Shown: positions 53,412 to 62,433 of the stretch, in pieces
Layout: the number at the start of each line of letters is the position of its first letter
How positions within the stretch are numbered: position 1 is the first letter of the stretch
Virus record (IMG/VR): IMGVR_UViG_3300046779_001123
Span: 9,972-73,971 of that record
Strand: one strand, 5' to 3'
DNA from: a virus
DNA length: 64,000 bases
Position numbers and translations under genes: made by a program
Notes under the pieces: generated by a model
What the model saw: the letters and a program-made list of their open reading frames with translations, nothing else
The model's database searches: none
Told to the model about the DNA's origin: nothing

Positions 53412-54494
53412 ATGTCAGATAACCGCACCGTCACCGCGACCCAAGCTCGCAAATCTTTGCTCGAAGCATTCCGCGTCAAGCGTCCTTTGTTCCTGTGGGG
53501 TCCTCCCGGTATCGGTAAATCCGAACTCGTCGAAGGCATTACTAAAGAACTTGGTGGCTTGATGATCGACTTGCGTTTGGGCCAAATGGAACCCACAGAC
53601 ATTCGTGGTATTCCGTTTTACAACAAAGACTCCAATACCATGGAGTATGCGGCACCTGGTGATTTGCCCGACGAAGAAACTGCTAGCCAGTATCCCGTGG
53701 TTGTGTTGTTCTTGGACGAAATGAACTCTGCACCAGCTTCTGTGCAATCAGCGGCTTATCAGCTGATTTTGAATCGTCGTGTTGGCAAGTATAAACTGCC
53801 CGACAACGTGGTTATGGTTGCCGCAGGCAATCGTGAAAGCGACAAGGGTGTGACTTATCGCATGCCAACTCCGCTGGCAAACCGCTTCATCCACCAAGAG
53901 ATGAAAGTGGACTTCCCCAGCTGGCAAGAGTGGGCTGTGCAAAACAACATCCACAAAGACGTTGTTGGTTATTTGAGTTTTGCCAAGCAAGACTTGTATG
54001 ACTTTGATGCCAAGTCTGCGTCACGTGCATTCGCTACCCCACGTTCATGGAGCTTTGTGAGCCAGCTGTTGAATGACGGCGTGGACGACGAAACTATGAC
54101 TAACTTGGTTGCAGGCACTGTTGGCGAAGGTTTGGCAGTTAAGTTCATGGCACACCGTAAGATTGCAGGTCGCATGCCCAAGCCCGAAGATATCTTGAAC
54201 GGCAAGGTCACTGACTTGAATGTCAAGGAAGTGTCGGCAATGTATTCGTTGGTGATTTCCATGTGCTACGAATTGAAGGGCGCTGTGGAAAAGAAGATGG
54301 ACTCCAAAGAGTTCCACAACATGGCAGATAACTTCTTCAGCTACATGATGAAGAACTTTGAAACTGAGTTGGTTGTGATGGGTGCTCGTATTGCATTGAC
54401 CACATACAACTTGCCGTTCCAACCTACCAAGTTGAAGAACTTTGATCAGTTCCACGACAAATACGGCAAATACATTTTGCAGGCTTCGGCCTAA
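53412..54494 (+). CDS. MoxR-family AAA+ ATPase (CobS-like)
   Basis: LFLWGPPGIGKSEL Walker A, VVLFLDEMNSA Walker B; AGAAAGG RBS. Confidence 0.8.
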   Translation: MSDNRTVTATQARKSLLEAFRVKRPLFLWGPPGIGKSELVEGITKELGGLMIDLRLGQMEPTDIRGIPFYNKDSNTMEYAAPGDLPDEETASQYPVVVLFLDEMNSAPASVQSAAYQLILNRRVGKYKLPDNVVMVAAGNRESDKGVTYRMPTPLANRFIHQEMKVDFPSWQEWAVQNNIHKDVVGYLSFAKQDLYDFDAKSASRAFATPRSWSFVSQLLNDGVDDETMTNLVAGTVGEGLAVKFMAHRKIAGRMPKPEDILNGKVTDLNVKEVSAMYSLVISMCYELKGAVEKKMDSKEFHNMADNFFSYMMKNFETELVVMGARIALTTYNLPFQPTKLKNFDQFHDKYGKYILQASA

Positions 54495-54550
54495 ACTAAG
54501 AAGGTTGTGGGGTGCCAGGCTGTGCCCCACAGCCTTTTCTTTTGAAAACT

Positions 54551-54877
54551 ATGCATTACAAAATCACAAAAATGGACGGCAGGTATTCCACGCATGGATA
54601 CACTCACCTCATTGAGTTTTCAAAATCTACTAGCCGCGGCACTGGTGTGTTAGATTTTGATCGTTGTCGACGTTGGTTTAATGAACACTTCGGCTGGAGC
54701 CAAGATGTTGAAACTCGCGATGAGATGAAGAGCAATAAGCGTGTCTTTAAAGAAGAATACGAAGACAACGACATTAATCCTATGTGGGCGTATAGCGTAA
54801 AATACAGGGAGTATCGTATCTACGTCAACGATGACAAAACATTGAGCTGGTTTGTTTTAAATCATCCTGCATCATGA
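54551..54877 (+). CDS. Small protein, WF-motif tandem family member 1
   Basis: C-terminal KTLSWFVLNH motif. Confidence 0.4.
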   Translation: MHYKITKMDGRYSTHGYTHLIEFSKSTSRGTGVLDFDRCRRWFNEHFGWSQDVETRDEMKSNKRVFKEEYEDNDINPMWAYSVKYREYRIYVNDDKTLSWFVLNHPAS

Positions 54878-55116
54878 GCCGTAGTTTTTATCTTCCATAC
54901 AAAGCCTCCAACCCGAGAAGTGTGCGTGGTGCTGTCAAACGTGGGTGGACTGTGATTGTGCCCAAACCAAACTATGTAGAAAAAACAAGTTGGCTGGGAC
55001 TTAACATTTGGTGCGGCGCTCGGTGCAGTGGGTATTGGATTGGAAATTTTGCAATGCGTAAATTTGCATTTGAAAAATCATCTGATGCAATGTTATTTCA
55101 ACTAGCATGGGGATAA
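54874..55116 (+). CDS. Small protein, tandem family member 2
   Basis: C-terminus DAMLFQLAWG; ATGA-coupled to upstream. Confidence 0.4.
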   Translation: MSRSFYLPYKASNPRSVRGAVKRGWTVIVPKPNYVEKTSWLGLNIWCGARCSGYWIGNFAMRKFAFEKSSDAMLFQLAWG

Positions 55117-55117
55117 G

Positions 55118-55360
55118 ATGTCTGACAAGTTTCGTGTTGATGTTGGAAGCCTTTGGAAAGAGCCTTGGCCTCAATACTTTGATAACTTTTGGCGGCATTG
55201 TAGCGACGTTGCCCGTGCAAACAGCTGGGCACCTATTACAGTGGCTAACTATCAACTTAGGCCATTAAATGGCAAATTGATTACTACTAAAACACAAGGT
55301 TGGTATCTGCGTTGGGACTCGGAAGCCAGCCATACTGCATTTGTATTGAAATGGAGTTGA
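55118..55360 (+). CDS. Small protein, tandem family member 3
   Basis: C-terminus HTAFVLKWS. Confidence 0.4.
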   Translation: MSDKFRVDVGSLWKEPWPQYFDNFWRHCSDVARANSWAPITVANYQLRPLNGKLITTKTQGWYLRWDSEASHTAFVLKWS

Positions 55361-55364
55361 ACAG

Positions 55365-55649
55365 TTGAAGTCTACAAGAATAAGTGTATTAGCACAAGAA
55401 TTAGGCAATGGTTGGTGGACTCGCACAGATTACGAAGAAGATGTCGACTATGCACTAGATTTAGCAGAACAACTGTTTGGCAAGGGTGGCACTAGAAAAG
55501 GTAAGTGGTTCCACCGAACAAGATTTGAATGGATTAATTCTGCTCCTGAAGTTGTTCAGCGTCAATGGTGCGACATATACTTCAAATCACAAAAGGATGC
55601 AACATGGTTTCAATTAAAGAGAGATTCATTGTCGTCCCAGACGTGTTGA
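55365..55649 (+). CDS. Small protein, tandem family member 4
   Basis: QRQWCDIYF...DATWFQLKRD. Confidence 0.4.
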   Translation: MKSTRISVLAQELGNGWWTRTDYEEDVDYALDLAEQLFGKGGTRKGKWFHRTRFEWINSAPEVVQRQWCDIYFKSQKDATWFQLKRDSLSSQTC

Positions 55650-55813
55650 CAGACACTGATCAAATGGTTATACTAACAGATTACAACTATTGGGCAGAGT
55701 GTGAAGTTGAGCTAGCGCAATGGTGCAAGGATAACGATTCAGATTTTACTGGAATGCTGGTAGTATTCCCCAATCACCAAACGTTAACAGCATTTTTATT
55801 GAGGTGGAGCTAA
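55604..55813 (+). CDS. Small protein, tandem family member 5 (start uncertain, overlaps member 4)
   Basis: AQWCKDND...LTAFLLRWS. Confidence 0.35.
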   Translation: MVSIKERFIVVPDVLTDTDQMVILTDYNYWAECEVELAQWCKDNDSDFTGMLVVFPNHQTLTAFLLRWS

Positions 55814-56052
55814 TGGAAAAGTTCTACGGTGGCGGAGGCAGGCAAAACCCAGACTTTAGATACAAGGTTCGAGTAAAACGTGATTCTTGCGAAGGCGCAT
55901 ACGAATGGTGCGAGGCATATCCTGTCACTGGCAAAGGCTACTTCCAGCGTTGGTATCTCGATACCCGAGAGTTTGATCAAGGCTACTTAACTTATCAATT
56001 TGAGTGGGAAGAGCCTGCTATTATGTTTGCATTGAAATTTGGATCAGCATGA
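55804..56052 (+). CDS. Small protein, tandem family member 6
   Basis: YEWCEAYPVTGKGYF...AIMFALKFG. Confidence 0.4.
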   Translation: MELMEKFYGGGGRQNPDFRYKVRVKRDSCEGAYEWCEAYPVTGKGYFQRWYLDTREFDQGYLTYQFEWEEPAIMFALKFGSA

Positions 56053-56267
56053 TTACATACACATATCCTTGGCCGGAACAGCCAACTTTTAAAGTGCCAA
56101 AATTGCACAGAGTAAACTACAATCCCAAATACAATTGGGGCGAAGTGCATTACTGGTGTAAGGAAAATTGTCGTGCTCCGTTTTACGTGTCAATGGCCTG
56201 GTCTGGCACATTTGTTCAGTTCGAAGACGACGAAGATGCAACACTATTTGCATTGAGGTTTGCGTGA
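56049..56267 (+). CDS. Small protein, tandem family member 7
   Basis: HYWCKENC...DATLFALRFA; ATGA coupling. Confidence 0.4.
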   Translation: MITYTYPWPEQPTFKVPKLHRVNYNPKYNWGEVHYWCKENCRAPFYVSMAWSGTFVQFEDDEDATLFALRFA

Positions 56268-56521
56268 AGCTGGAACTAGACGAAGGCCGTGTGTTTGGTG
56301 CAAGGTATTGGCTTGTGCATCCTGTGCCTAGTTGGAACTTGCTAGGAGATTGGGGCGGAGTCGACACCTGGCACCGAATGGTAGAGTGGTGTGTAGCCAC
56401 ATTTGGTCCTACCCCCAAAGATGGTGTTTGGACTCCGGGCTGTCGCTGGTATGCTAACAATGCTAGATTTTATTTTCGCAATGAAGCAGACCGAGATTGG
56501 TTTTTGTTGAGGTGGCAATGA
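56264..56521 (+). CDS. Small protein, tandem family member 8 (GTG start)
   Basis: VEWCVATFG...DRDWFLLRWQ; GTGA overlap with member 7 stop. Confidence 0.35.
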   Translation: MKLELDEGRVFGARYWLVHPVPSWNLLGDWGGVDTWHRMVEWCVATFGPTPKDGVWTPGCRWYANNARFYFRNEADRDWFLLRWQ

Positions 56522-56742
56522 ATAGCCGGCAACGTCGAAAAGATAGACGAGAGTGGAAATACATAATTGTCACTCCAACAACAGACTGGAATCAGTATAT
56601 AGATAGGTTTGACTGGTGTGTAAAGAACTTTGGTGGCTGTGTGACTGACGGATGGCGCGATCCACGAGAATACGGTGAGGATGTTGAATGGAAGTTCAAC
56701 TGCCCAAAGAAGGCAATGGCATTTGCAATGAGGTGGCAATGA
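56518..56742 (+). CDS. Small protein, tandem family member 9
   Basis: FDWCVKNFGG...KAMAFAMRWQ; ATGA coupling. Confidence 0.4.
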   Translation: MNSRQRRKDRREWKYIIVTPTTDWNQYIDRFDWCVKNFGGCVTDGWRDPREYGEDVEWKFNCPKKAMAFAMRWQ

Positions 56743-57017
56743 AATTAAAAGTTAACCGTAGCATCGGTTGGAATTTGGAATATGCAACAATGAAGATAAC
56801 ACAAATTATCACCGACGGTGCAGATTGCTATCCATGGACCCGAACATTTGTAATCTGGCCACGCCGAACAATCACAGGACAGCGCATTGGTTGGCAACGA
56901 GCTTACAAACGACGAGTTTGGGTAGTATGGGGCACAGGGTTTCACATGGAACCAGAAACACAATATGCAACACTTTTTGAGATATTAGCAGATGAAACCA
57001 ACAACAGGCTGGCGTAA
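56739..57017 (+). CDS. Small protein, tandem family member 10
   Basis: ...YATLFEILADE; ATGA coupling. Confidence 0.35.
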   Translation: MKLKVNRSIGWNLEYATMKITQIITDGADCYPWTRTFVIWPRRTITGQRIGWQRAYKRRVWVVWGTGFHMEPETQYATLFEILADETNNRLA

Positions 57018-57309
57018 AAAGCAAATCAATACCATAATGGCTGCTCGCCAAACAGGTAAAAGCACATACATGGACATAGCAAACCCTCCTGCAATTCGTA
57101 TTTTAGATCAAGCCCAAGTCGACGGCGAAACATGGTATACAGTTCAATGTAAACCTAGCTCAGTTAGTGGGTGGGTTCAAGAGCAAGATCCTTCACTGTG
57201 GCACCGACACGATCACATAGATACAAAATGGTATATGCACTTTAATGTGTTTGACATGCACGAAAAACTTTACACAATGATGGTGTTAAAATGGAAGAAC
57301 GTTTCGTAA
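56992..57309 (+). CDS. Small protein, tandem family member 11 (start uncertain; ATG 57037 alternative)
   Basis: C-terminus YTMMVLKWKN. Confidence 0.35.
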   Translation: MKPTTGWRKKQINTIMAARQTGKSTYMDIANPPAIRILDQAQVDGETWYTVQCKPSSVSGWVQEQDPSLWHRHDHIDTKWYMHFNVFDMHEKLYTMMVLKWKNVS

Positions 57310-57659
57310 TAAACGACTTGATGGATAACGCATACTCTGTGACCTGGCCCGGTTATGAGATGGTGGTATGCGACAATGAACGCAAGGCCACTAATCTGCT
57401 GAAAATTCTGTTTGACGAAGTTGATGTAGAAGATGCTACATTGGCCGTAAAAGTAGCCGAGTATAGTGACAAAGATTACATCATAAGCATTCCTTGGTAT
57501 ACCTATCATCAGAATCCCGACGGTGCAGGCAGGTTCCTTGTTGGCAATCACGCTGTAGTCGGTTGTAAGTTCCCCAATCGAGAACAAGCAGAAAAGTTTA
57601 AAACAATCATGGACAAACGCCTGGCATGGCGTCGCCTTAGTGGCAGAGGGTGGGCATGA
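57291..57659 (+). CDS. Small protein in tandem array (member 12, divergent)
   Basis: Contains EDATLAVKVAEY. Confidence 0.35.
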   Translation: MEERFVINDLMDNAYSVTWPGYEMVVCDNERKATNLLKILFDEVDVEDATLAVKVAEYSDKDYIISIPWYTYHQNPDGAGRFLVGNHAVVGCKFPNREQAEKFKTIMDKRLAWRRLSGRGWA

Positions 57660-57934
57660 AAGTCACAGTTAAAAAGAATCTGATCATCTTCCACCGGCCC
57701 GGGGAGTGGTCAGACATCTATGCTATGATCCTGCGGGACTTTGGCATGGGCATGGCTGTAAGGACTCGCATGCGGCGTGAGCTTGGGTTTACATACCGCT
57801 ATCACAAAGGATTAGTCCCGCACGAAATCAGTCATCCCAGCGAGCCAAAAATGCACTACGAGGACCAAGTCCACTTGGATTTCTTTGATGAAAAAGCCCA
57901 AAGTTGGTTCCAGCTAAAATACTTAAATTTGTAA
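57650..57934 (+). CDS. Small protein, tandem family member 13
   Basis: C-terminus AQSWFQLKYLNL. Confidence 0.4.
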   Translation: MGMKVTVKKNLIIFHRPGEWSDIYAMILRDFGMGMAVRTRMRRELGFTYRYHKGLVPHEISHPSEPKMHYEDQVHLDFFDEKAQSWFQLKYLNL

Positions 57935-57969
57935 TACTTGAGTATTACTTTTTGGGTTGCATTTTTTGG

Positions 57970-57999
57970 TTGACCAAAAATGCCCGATTTGCTATAATA
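57970..57999 (+). promoter_or_regulatory. Conserved-family promoter
   Basis: TTGACCAAAAATGCCCGATTTGCTATAATATACACATAG. Confidence 0.55.
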
Positions 58000-58027
58000 T
58001 ACACATAGACAGCAAAAAGGAGCCGAT

Positions 58028-58198
58028 ATGTTTTATGTGATTACACTAGGCCAGGATGATGCAAAGTTTGCAATCGGTCGCAACGAATACGACCGCAGTG
58101 GTCGGATCACTTTTGTGCGTCAACCCCAAACATATCGGAGCCGTGCTCAAGCACTCAAGGTTGCAAAACAACTCAATAGCAAGGTGGAATCAAAATGA
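58028..58198 (+). CDS. Small hypothetical protein (56 aa)
   Basis: AAAAGGAGCC SD before ATG. Confidence 0.35.
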   Translation: MFYVITLGQDDAKFAIGRNEYDRSGRITFVRQPQTYRSRAQALKVAKQLNSKVESK

Positions 58199-58443
58199 AC
58201 GAACGAATGCTAGAACTTTACAGACAGGCCCAAGTGCCGGACACTGCGATTGATCCGTCTAACAACATGCCCTATGAGACAACCCGATTTAGCGCAGACA
58301 AGTTCGCCGAGTTGATTGTGCGAGCCTGTGCTAACGCCGCTGACATGGCACAAGACGCTGGTTGCGAATATGCCGGTGACTATGTTGCTGAATACATGGG
58401 CTACGGTGAACAAGAAGGCGTAACAGAATGGAGAGCAAAATGA
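58195..58443 (+). CDS. Small protein, KFAELI-motif family (paralog B)
   Basis: MNERMLEL...DKFAELIVRA; same ATGAACGAACGAAT start as paralog A. Confidence 0.4.
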   Translation: MNERMLELYRQAQVPDTAIDPSNNMPYETTRFSADKFAELIVRACANAADMAQDAGCEYAGDYVAEYMGYGEQEGVTEWRAK

Positions 58444-58745
58444 ACATCCACACCGTAGCAGAAAATCTGCGTAAAACAATCGCCGGCAAGGAAGAAATGC
58501 TGGAAAAACTACAAGAATCTAAGAATGTTGCCGCTCGTAAAGATAATCCCGACCAATTAACTATCGGAACTATCGGGGCAATGGCAGGATTCTTGTCTAC
58601 CAATATTGACGAACTCAAGCGTATCTTACAGGATGTGGAGAAGTGTTGCGAAAAAGCCACAGCGGATAGTTGGGCACTGAACCCCGACCGTTCAGGTGGT
58701 GCATTCACTGACGAAGAAATCAACCGTGGCAACGAGCGGCATTGA
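58440..58745 (+). CDS. Hypothetical protein
   Basis: ORF 58428 trimmed to the ATG overlapping the upstream stop. Confidence 0.35.
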   Translation: MNIHTVAENLRKTIAGKEEMLEKLQESKNVAARKDNPDQLTIGTIGAMAGFLSTNIDELKRILQDVEKCCEKATADSWALNPDRSGGAFTDEEINRGNERH

Positions 58746-58770
58746 CGAATAATTCATCTTTTGCTACAAT
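58743..58770 (+). promoter_or_regulatory. Conserved-family promoter (TTGACG-16-TGCTACAAT)
   Basis: TTGACGAATAATTCATCTTTTGCTACAATATATTCATAG. Confidence 0.5.
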
Positions 58771-58799
58771 ATATTCATAGAGCAACAAAGGAGCCAAAG

Positions 58800-59075
58800 A
58801 TGGACATGGTCAATGCCACTAAACTTATTCAGGAACAGGCAACAGCAAACGGAAGGCCTTTTGCTGAAGAACTAATTTATATTTCTGAAACTTTGCAGGC
58901 ATCGTCCGACATTTACGATGCTTTCATTGTGTATCATAGCACCATAAACCGCTATTTCAGTTATAGTGCCAGAAAAGCACAGATCGAACAGTTTGCCCGC
59001 GATTTCAAATGTTTGTCCCAGGATTTCAAAGATCAAATGTATAATGACACATTTACAAACGCCAAAACTTACTGA
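58800..59075 (+). CDS. Hypothetical protein
   Basis: AAAGGAGCC SD before ATG 58800. Confidence 0.35.
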   Translation: MDMVNATKLIQEQATANGRPFAEELIYISETLQASSDIYDAFIVYHSTINRYFSYSARKAQIEQFARDFKCLSQDFKDQMYNDTFTNAKTY

Positions 59076-59104
59076 TTGACCAATAAATCACATTCTGCTA
59101 TAAT
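59076..59104 (+). promoter_or_regulatory. Conserved-family promoter
   Basis: TTGACCAATAAATCACATTCTGCTATAATATACACATAA. Confidence 0.55.
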
Positions 59105-59130
59105 ATACACATAAACAACAAAGGACCCGC

Positions 59131-60453
59131 ATGCAATATTTCAATCCCACTGTGCTACATGCCCGTACCGCTGGCACCACTGCTACCAAAGATGACGCTA
59201 AAAAGTTTGCCAATTTGATTGGCCCCATGGAGCCCAAGTTGGATCGCGAAGTGCGTGAAAAATTGATCACTGCCCGTGTGGGCTTGCTGTTGAAAGCCAG
59301 CTTCTTTGGCAACTTAGCAACTCGACTGAAGTTGGTTAATGCCGACGAGTGGTGCCCTACTGCCGCTACAGATGGACGCCACTTTTACTACAATAGCCGC
59401 TTCATCCAAATGTTGCGTCCCAAAGAAATTGAGTTCTTGTTTGGCCACGAAGTGTTGCACTGTGTTTATGATCACTTTGGCCGCCGTGGCGATCGCGATC
59501 CGCAAATCTGGAACATTGCCAACGATTTCTGTGTCAACGCAGACTTGGTTAAACACAATGTCGGCGAGTTGATTACTACAGTGCCTGCCTTGTATGATCG
59601 CAAGTATGACGGCATGAGCTCCGAAGAAGTCTACGACGACTTGATGCAAAACGCTCAAAAAATCAACATGAGCGACTTGATCGACAAGTTGATCGACGAG
59701 CACTTGGACGGTGAAGGTGATGCTGACGGCGATGGTGAAGAAGGCGATCAGGACGGTGAAGGCAAGGGCAAAGGCCGTCCCAAGCTCAGCGATGCTGAAC
59801 GTCAAGCTATCCGCGACGAGATCAAAGAAGCTATGTTGGCGGCTGCAAGTGCCACACAAGATGCAGGCAACATTCCAGCTGGTGTCAAGCGATTGATCTC
59901 GGACTTGACCGAGCCTAAGATGAACTGGCGCGAACTGTTGCGCATGCAATTGGAGTCTACTATCAAGTCTGACTACACTTGGATGCGAGCAAGCCGTAAA
60001 GGTTGGCACATGGATGCGGTTATGCCCGGTCGCAATACTGATCCAATGATTGATATTGCTGTGGCGTTGGACGCTTCTGGTTCGATCTCTGAATCTATGT
60101 TGAAGGACTTCTTGAGTGAAATCCAAGGCATTATGGACTCGTTCCCTGCTTACAAGATTCACGTTATCACTTTCGATACTGATGCATACAACCCTGCACA
60201 ATACGACAGCGACAACTTGGATACCATTTGCGATTACGAAGTCAAAGGTGGTGGTGGCACAGACTTTGACTGTGTTTACAACTACTTGAAAGAAAACGAA
60301 ATCGAGCCCAAGCGACTGGTTATGTTTACAGACGGTTATCCGTTTGGTAGCTGGGGTGATGAGAACTACACAGAAACAGTTTTCATCTTGCATGGCACTA
60401 CAACTATTGTGCCACCATGGGGTCAATATGCCTACTACGACGAAAGCAAATAA
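59131..60453 (+). CDS. vWA-domain protein with N-terminal zincin-like HExxH metallopeptidase domain (DUF2201-like, CobT-like partner of MoxR)
   Basis: FGHEVLHCVYDH (HExxH), acidic linker DGEGDADGDGEEGDQDGEG, MIDAS ALDASGSIS. Confidence 0.7.
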   Translation: MQYFNPTVLHARTAGTTATKDDAKKFANLIGPMEPKLDREVREKLITARVGLLLKASFFGNLATRLKLVNADEWCPTAATDGRHFYYNSRFIQMLRPKEIEFLFGHEVLHCVYDHFGRRGDRDPQIWNIANDFCVNADLVKHNVGELITTVPALYDRKYDGMSSEEVYDDLMQNAQKINMSDLIDKLIDEHLDGEGDADGDGEEGDQDGEGKGKGRPKLSDAERQAIRDEIKEAMLAAASATQDAGNIPAGVKRLISDLTEPKMNWRELLRMQLESTIKSDYTWMRASRKGWHMDAVMPGRNTDPMIDIAVALDASGSISESMLKDFLSEIQGIMDSFPAYKIHVITFDTDAYNPAQYDSDNLDTICDYEVKGGGGTDFDCVYNYLKENEIEPKRLVMFTDGYPFGSWGDENYTETVFILHGTTTIVPPWGQYAYYDESK

Positions 60454-60591
60454 CATGGCTTGGTTAGGTTTTTGGATCTTTTTAAGTGTGTTGGCTGCAT
60501 GCGACACATGGCTGTTCGCCAAGGGATACGAAAGTATCCTTTGGGAACGCAAAACTGAAGCTGAAAAACAACTAGGTCAGGAGTGCCAAAA

Positions 60592-60816
60592 ATGAAATTG
60601 TATTTGCTTTACTTTGATACTGACATGGGCAGTCGTGAAGAATGGAATACATTCTACACACCAGTAGAAGTATTTGACAGTGCCAAAAAGCGACAAGATC
60701 GTATTGACTTTATCAAAGCGCAAGTAGACGAAGACGGCGATCCTGTTCGATATGAGTTCCATACTGTCAACACTGTATTGATGACTGACAAACTTGCACA
60801 GGAGTGGGAGACATGA
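60592..60816 (+). CDS. Hypothetical protein
   Basis: CAGGAGTG RBS. Confidence 0.35.
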   Translation: MKLYLLYFDTDMGSREEWNTFYTPVEVFDSAKKRQDRIDFIKAQVDEDGDPVRYEFHTVNTVLMTDKLAQEWET

Positions 60817-61007
60817 TCGAAATGCGTTGGTTCACTCGCACTCATCCCACTTGGCCAGGCACTCAAAAGGTCTTGCAGTATCGGCAAAAAGTAGATATGA
60901 CCATCTATGCCGGTATGGGACCTTTTCCCGACAGTGCCCGAAACATGCAATGGTCAGAGTGGCGAGATGTTCCTGAAGTTGTTGAACGTGACATGAACTG
61001 TCCTTAA
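60813..61007 (+). CDS. Hypothetical protein
   Basis: AGGAGTGGGAGAC RBS; ATGA coupling. Confidence 0.35.
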   Translation: MIEMRWFTRTHPTWPGTQKVLQYRQKVDMTIYAGMGPFPDSARNMQWSEWRDVPEVVERDMNCP

Positions 61008-61015
61008 GGAATACT

Positions 61016-61174
61016 ATGTCAGATCGTTGGATTGTAATTTTAATTTTTGGTGTTATGTTTCTAATGTTTGCCCCAATTGGCTGCATGGAATACAGCAAAC
61101 ATCAATGTCGCATCGAGGCAATCAAGGCCGGCGTCGAAGCAGATAAAATCAACACGGCCTGTGGAGTTAAGTAA
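61016..61174 (+). CDS. Small membrane protein (52 aa, one TM helix)
   Basis: TAAGGAATACT RBS; hydrophobic IVILIFGVMFLMFAPIG. Confidence 0.35.
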   Translation: MSDRWIVILIFGVMFLMFAPIGCMEYSKHQCRIEAIKAGVEADKINTACGVK

Positions 61175-62022
61175 TGTTTACTATCATCTTTTTCTTTATT
61201 ATAGCAGTGATTGCTTCCGCGGCAATTGCTGTATTCCTCCAGCAAAAGGTGCTGGCTAATGTAGCAGGTATTGCTATCTTTGCTGTTGGTGTAATCTACA
61301 GCTCATTTACTATTGTGCCAGCAGGCCATGTGGGTGTGCAGATTACCCTAGGCGAAGTTAATCAAACTGTGCTAAACGAAGGTGCTCAGTTTGTTAACCC
61401 AATCTCAAATGTCAAACATGTTGATGTTCGACTTGCTCGTGCTAACTTGAATAACGCAAGTGCAGGCACAAAGGACATTCAGCAAGTGCATACTGATATT
61501 GTTATTAACTATCGACTGACTCCTGCTAAGGTGCCACACATCTACAAAGAGTTCGGTCTTGATGTGGATACAAAGGTGCTTGGTCCAGCGATCAATGAAT
61601 CGTTTAAGTCAGCAGTGGGTCACTATACCAGTGAAGAACTGATTACAAAACGTGATGCAGTTAACGCAGACATTATGACTCGACTGAGCGAAAAGTTGCA
61701 ACCGTTTAACATTGTTGTAAACAACGTGAGCTTGGTTAACTTTGGATTCAGTAAAGCATATCAAGATGCTATTGAACAAAAAGTGATTGCTACACAGGCC
61801 AAACTGCGAGCAGATCAAGACTACGAACGTATTCAAGTTGAAGCCAAGAGTCGTATTGCACAAGCCAAAGGTGAAGCCGAAGCTATTGCAATTCAAGCAA
61901 GTGCTATCCAACACCAAGGTGGTGCGGCATACGTTCAGCTCCAAGCAATCGAAAAGTGGGATGGTAAGTTGCCCAACGTGATGGGAGCAGGGCCTACACC
62001 GTTTATTAATGTAGGCAAGTAA
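61174..62022 (+). CDS. SPFH/band-7 (prohibitin/HflK-like) membrane protein
   Basis: N-terminal TM helix then VPAGHVGVQITLGEV band-7 core; coiled-coil C-terminus. Confidence 0.7.
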   Translation: MFTIIFFFIIAVIASAAIAVFLQQKVLANVAGIAIFAVGVIYSSFTIVPAGHVGVQITLGEVNQTVLNEGAQFVNPISNVKHVDVRLARANLNNASAGTKDIQQVHTDIVINYRLTPAKVPHIYKEFGLDVDTKVLGPAINESFKSAVGHYTSEELITKRDAVNADIMTRLSEKLQPFNIVVNNVSLVNFGFSKAYQDAIEQKVIATQAKLRADQDYERIQVEAKSRIAQAKGEAEAIAIQASAIQHQGGAAYVQLQAIEKWDGKLPNVMGAGPTPFINVGK

Positions 62023-62023
62023 A

Positions 62024-62221
62024 ATGAAACTTCCGATAAGTCCTGGTCAGTATATGTTCTGGACCGGACTTATCTACTTTGTTGTCGGCATGTATGACAT
62101 CTTTGTAGATAGGTTTGTTGAGCCAGAATACATACAAATGACATGGATGCTAGTGCTATTGATTCCGGTGCTATTACCCATAGGTAAGTTAGTGCGCGGC
62201 GCACCTTTTTGGAGAACATAA
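62024..62221 (+). CDS. Small two-TM membrane protein
   Basis: ATGA-coupled to the SPFH gene. Confidence 0.4.
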   Translation: MKLPISPGQYMFWTGLIYFVVGMYDIFVDRFVEPEYIQMTWMLVLLIPVLLPIGKLVRGAPFWRT

Positions 62222-62433
62222 TGGCAGATCTATTTGATTTAGAACAGCAAATGCTAGAATGTTGGCGGGTCACCGACGACATCGAACTGTTTGCTACACA
62301 GAACCCCAGTGATGAAAAATGGCAGGCATTAAAAACATATTATGATGCCAAGTTTGAACAACTGTGGGCAACGTTTGAAACCATGTGCCAAGAAAGACAA
62401 TTTACAAATGCACCCAACCCTCCACAACTTTAG
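62221..62433 (+). CDS. Hypothetical protein
   Basis: ORF 62209 trimmed to the ATGG overlap. Confidence 0.3.
   Translation: MADLFDLEQQMLECWRVTDDIELFATQNPSDEKWQALKTYYDAKFEQLWATFETMCQERQFTNAPNPPQL

Noticed and set aside
59314-60552. 412-aa minus-strand ORF
   Set aside because: It is exactly antisense to the well-supported vWA/zincin gene. It has Cys/His-rich odd composition and no promoter or RBS, so it is an antisense artefact.
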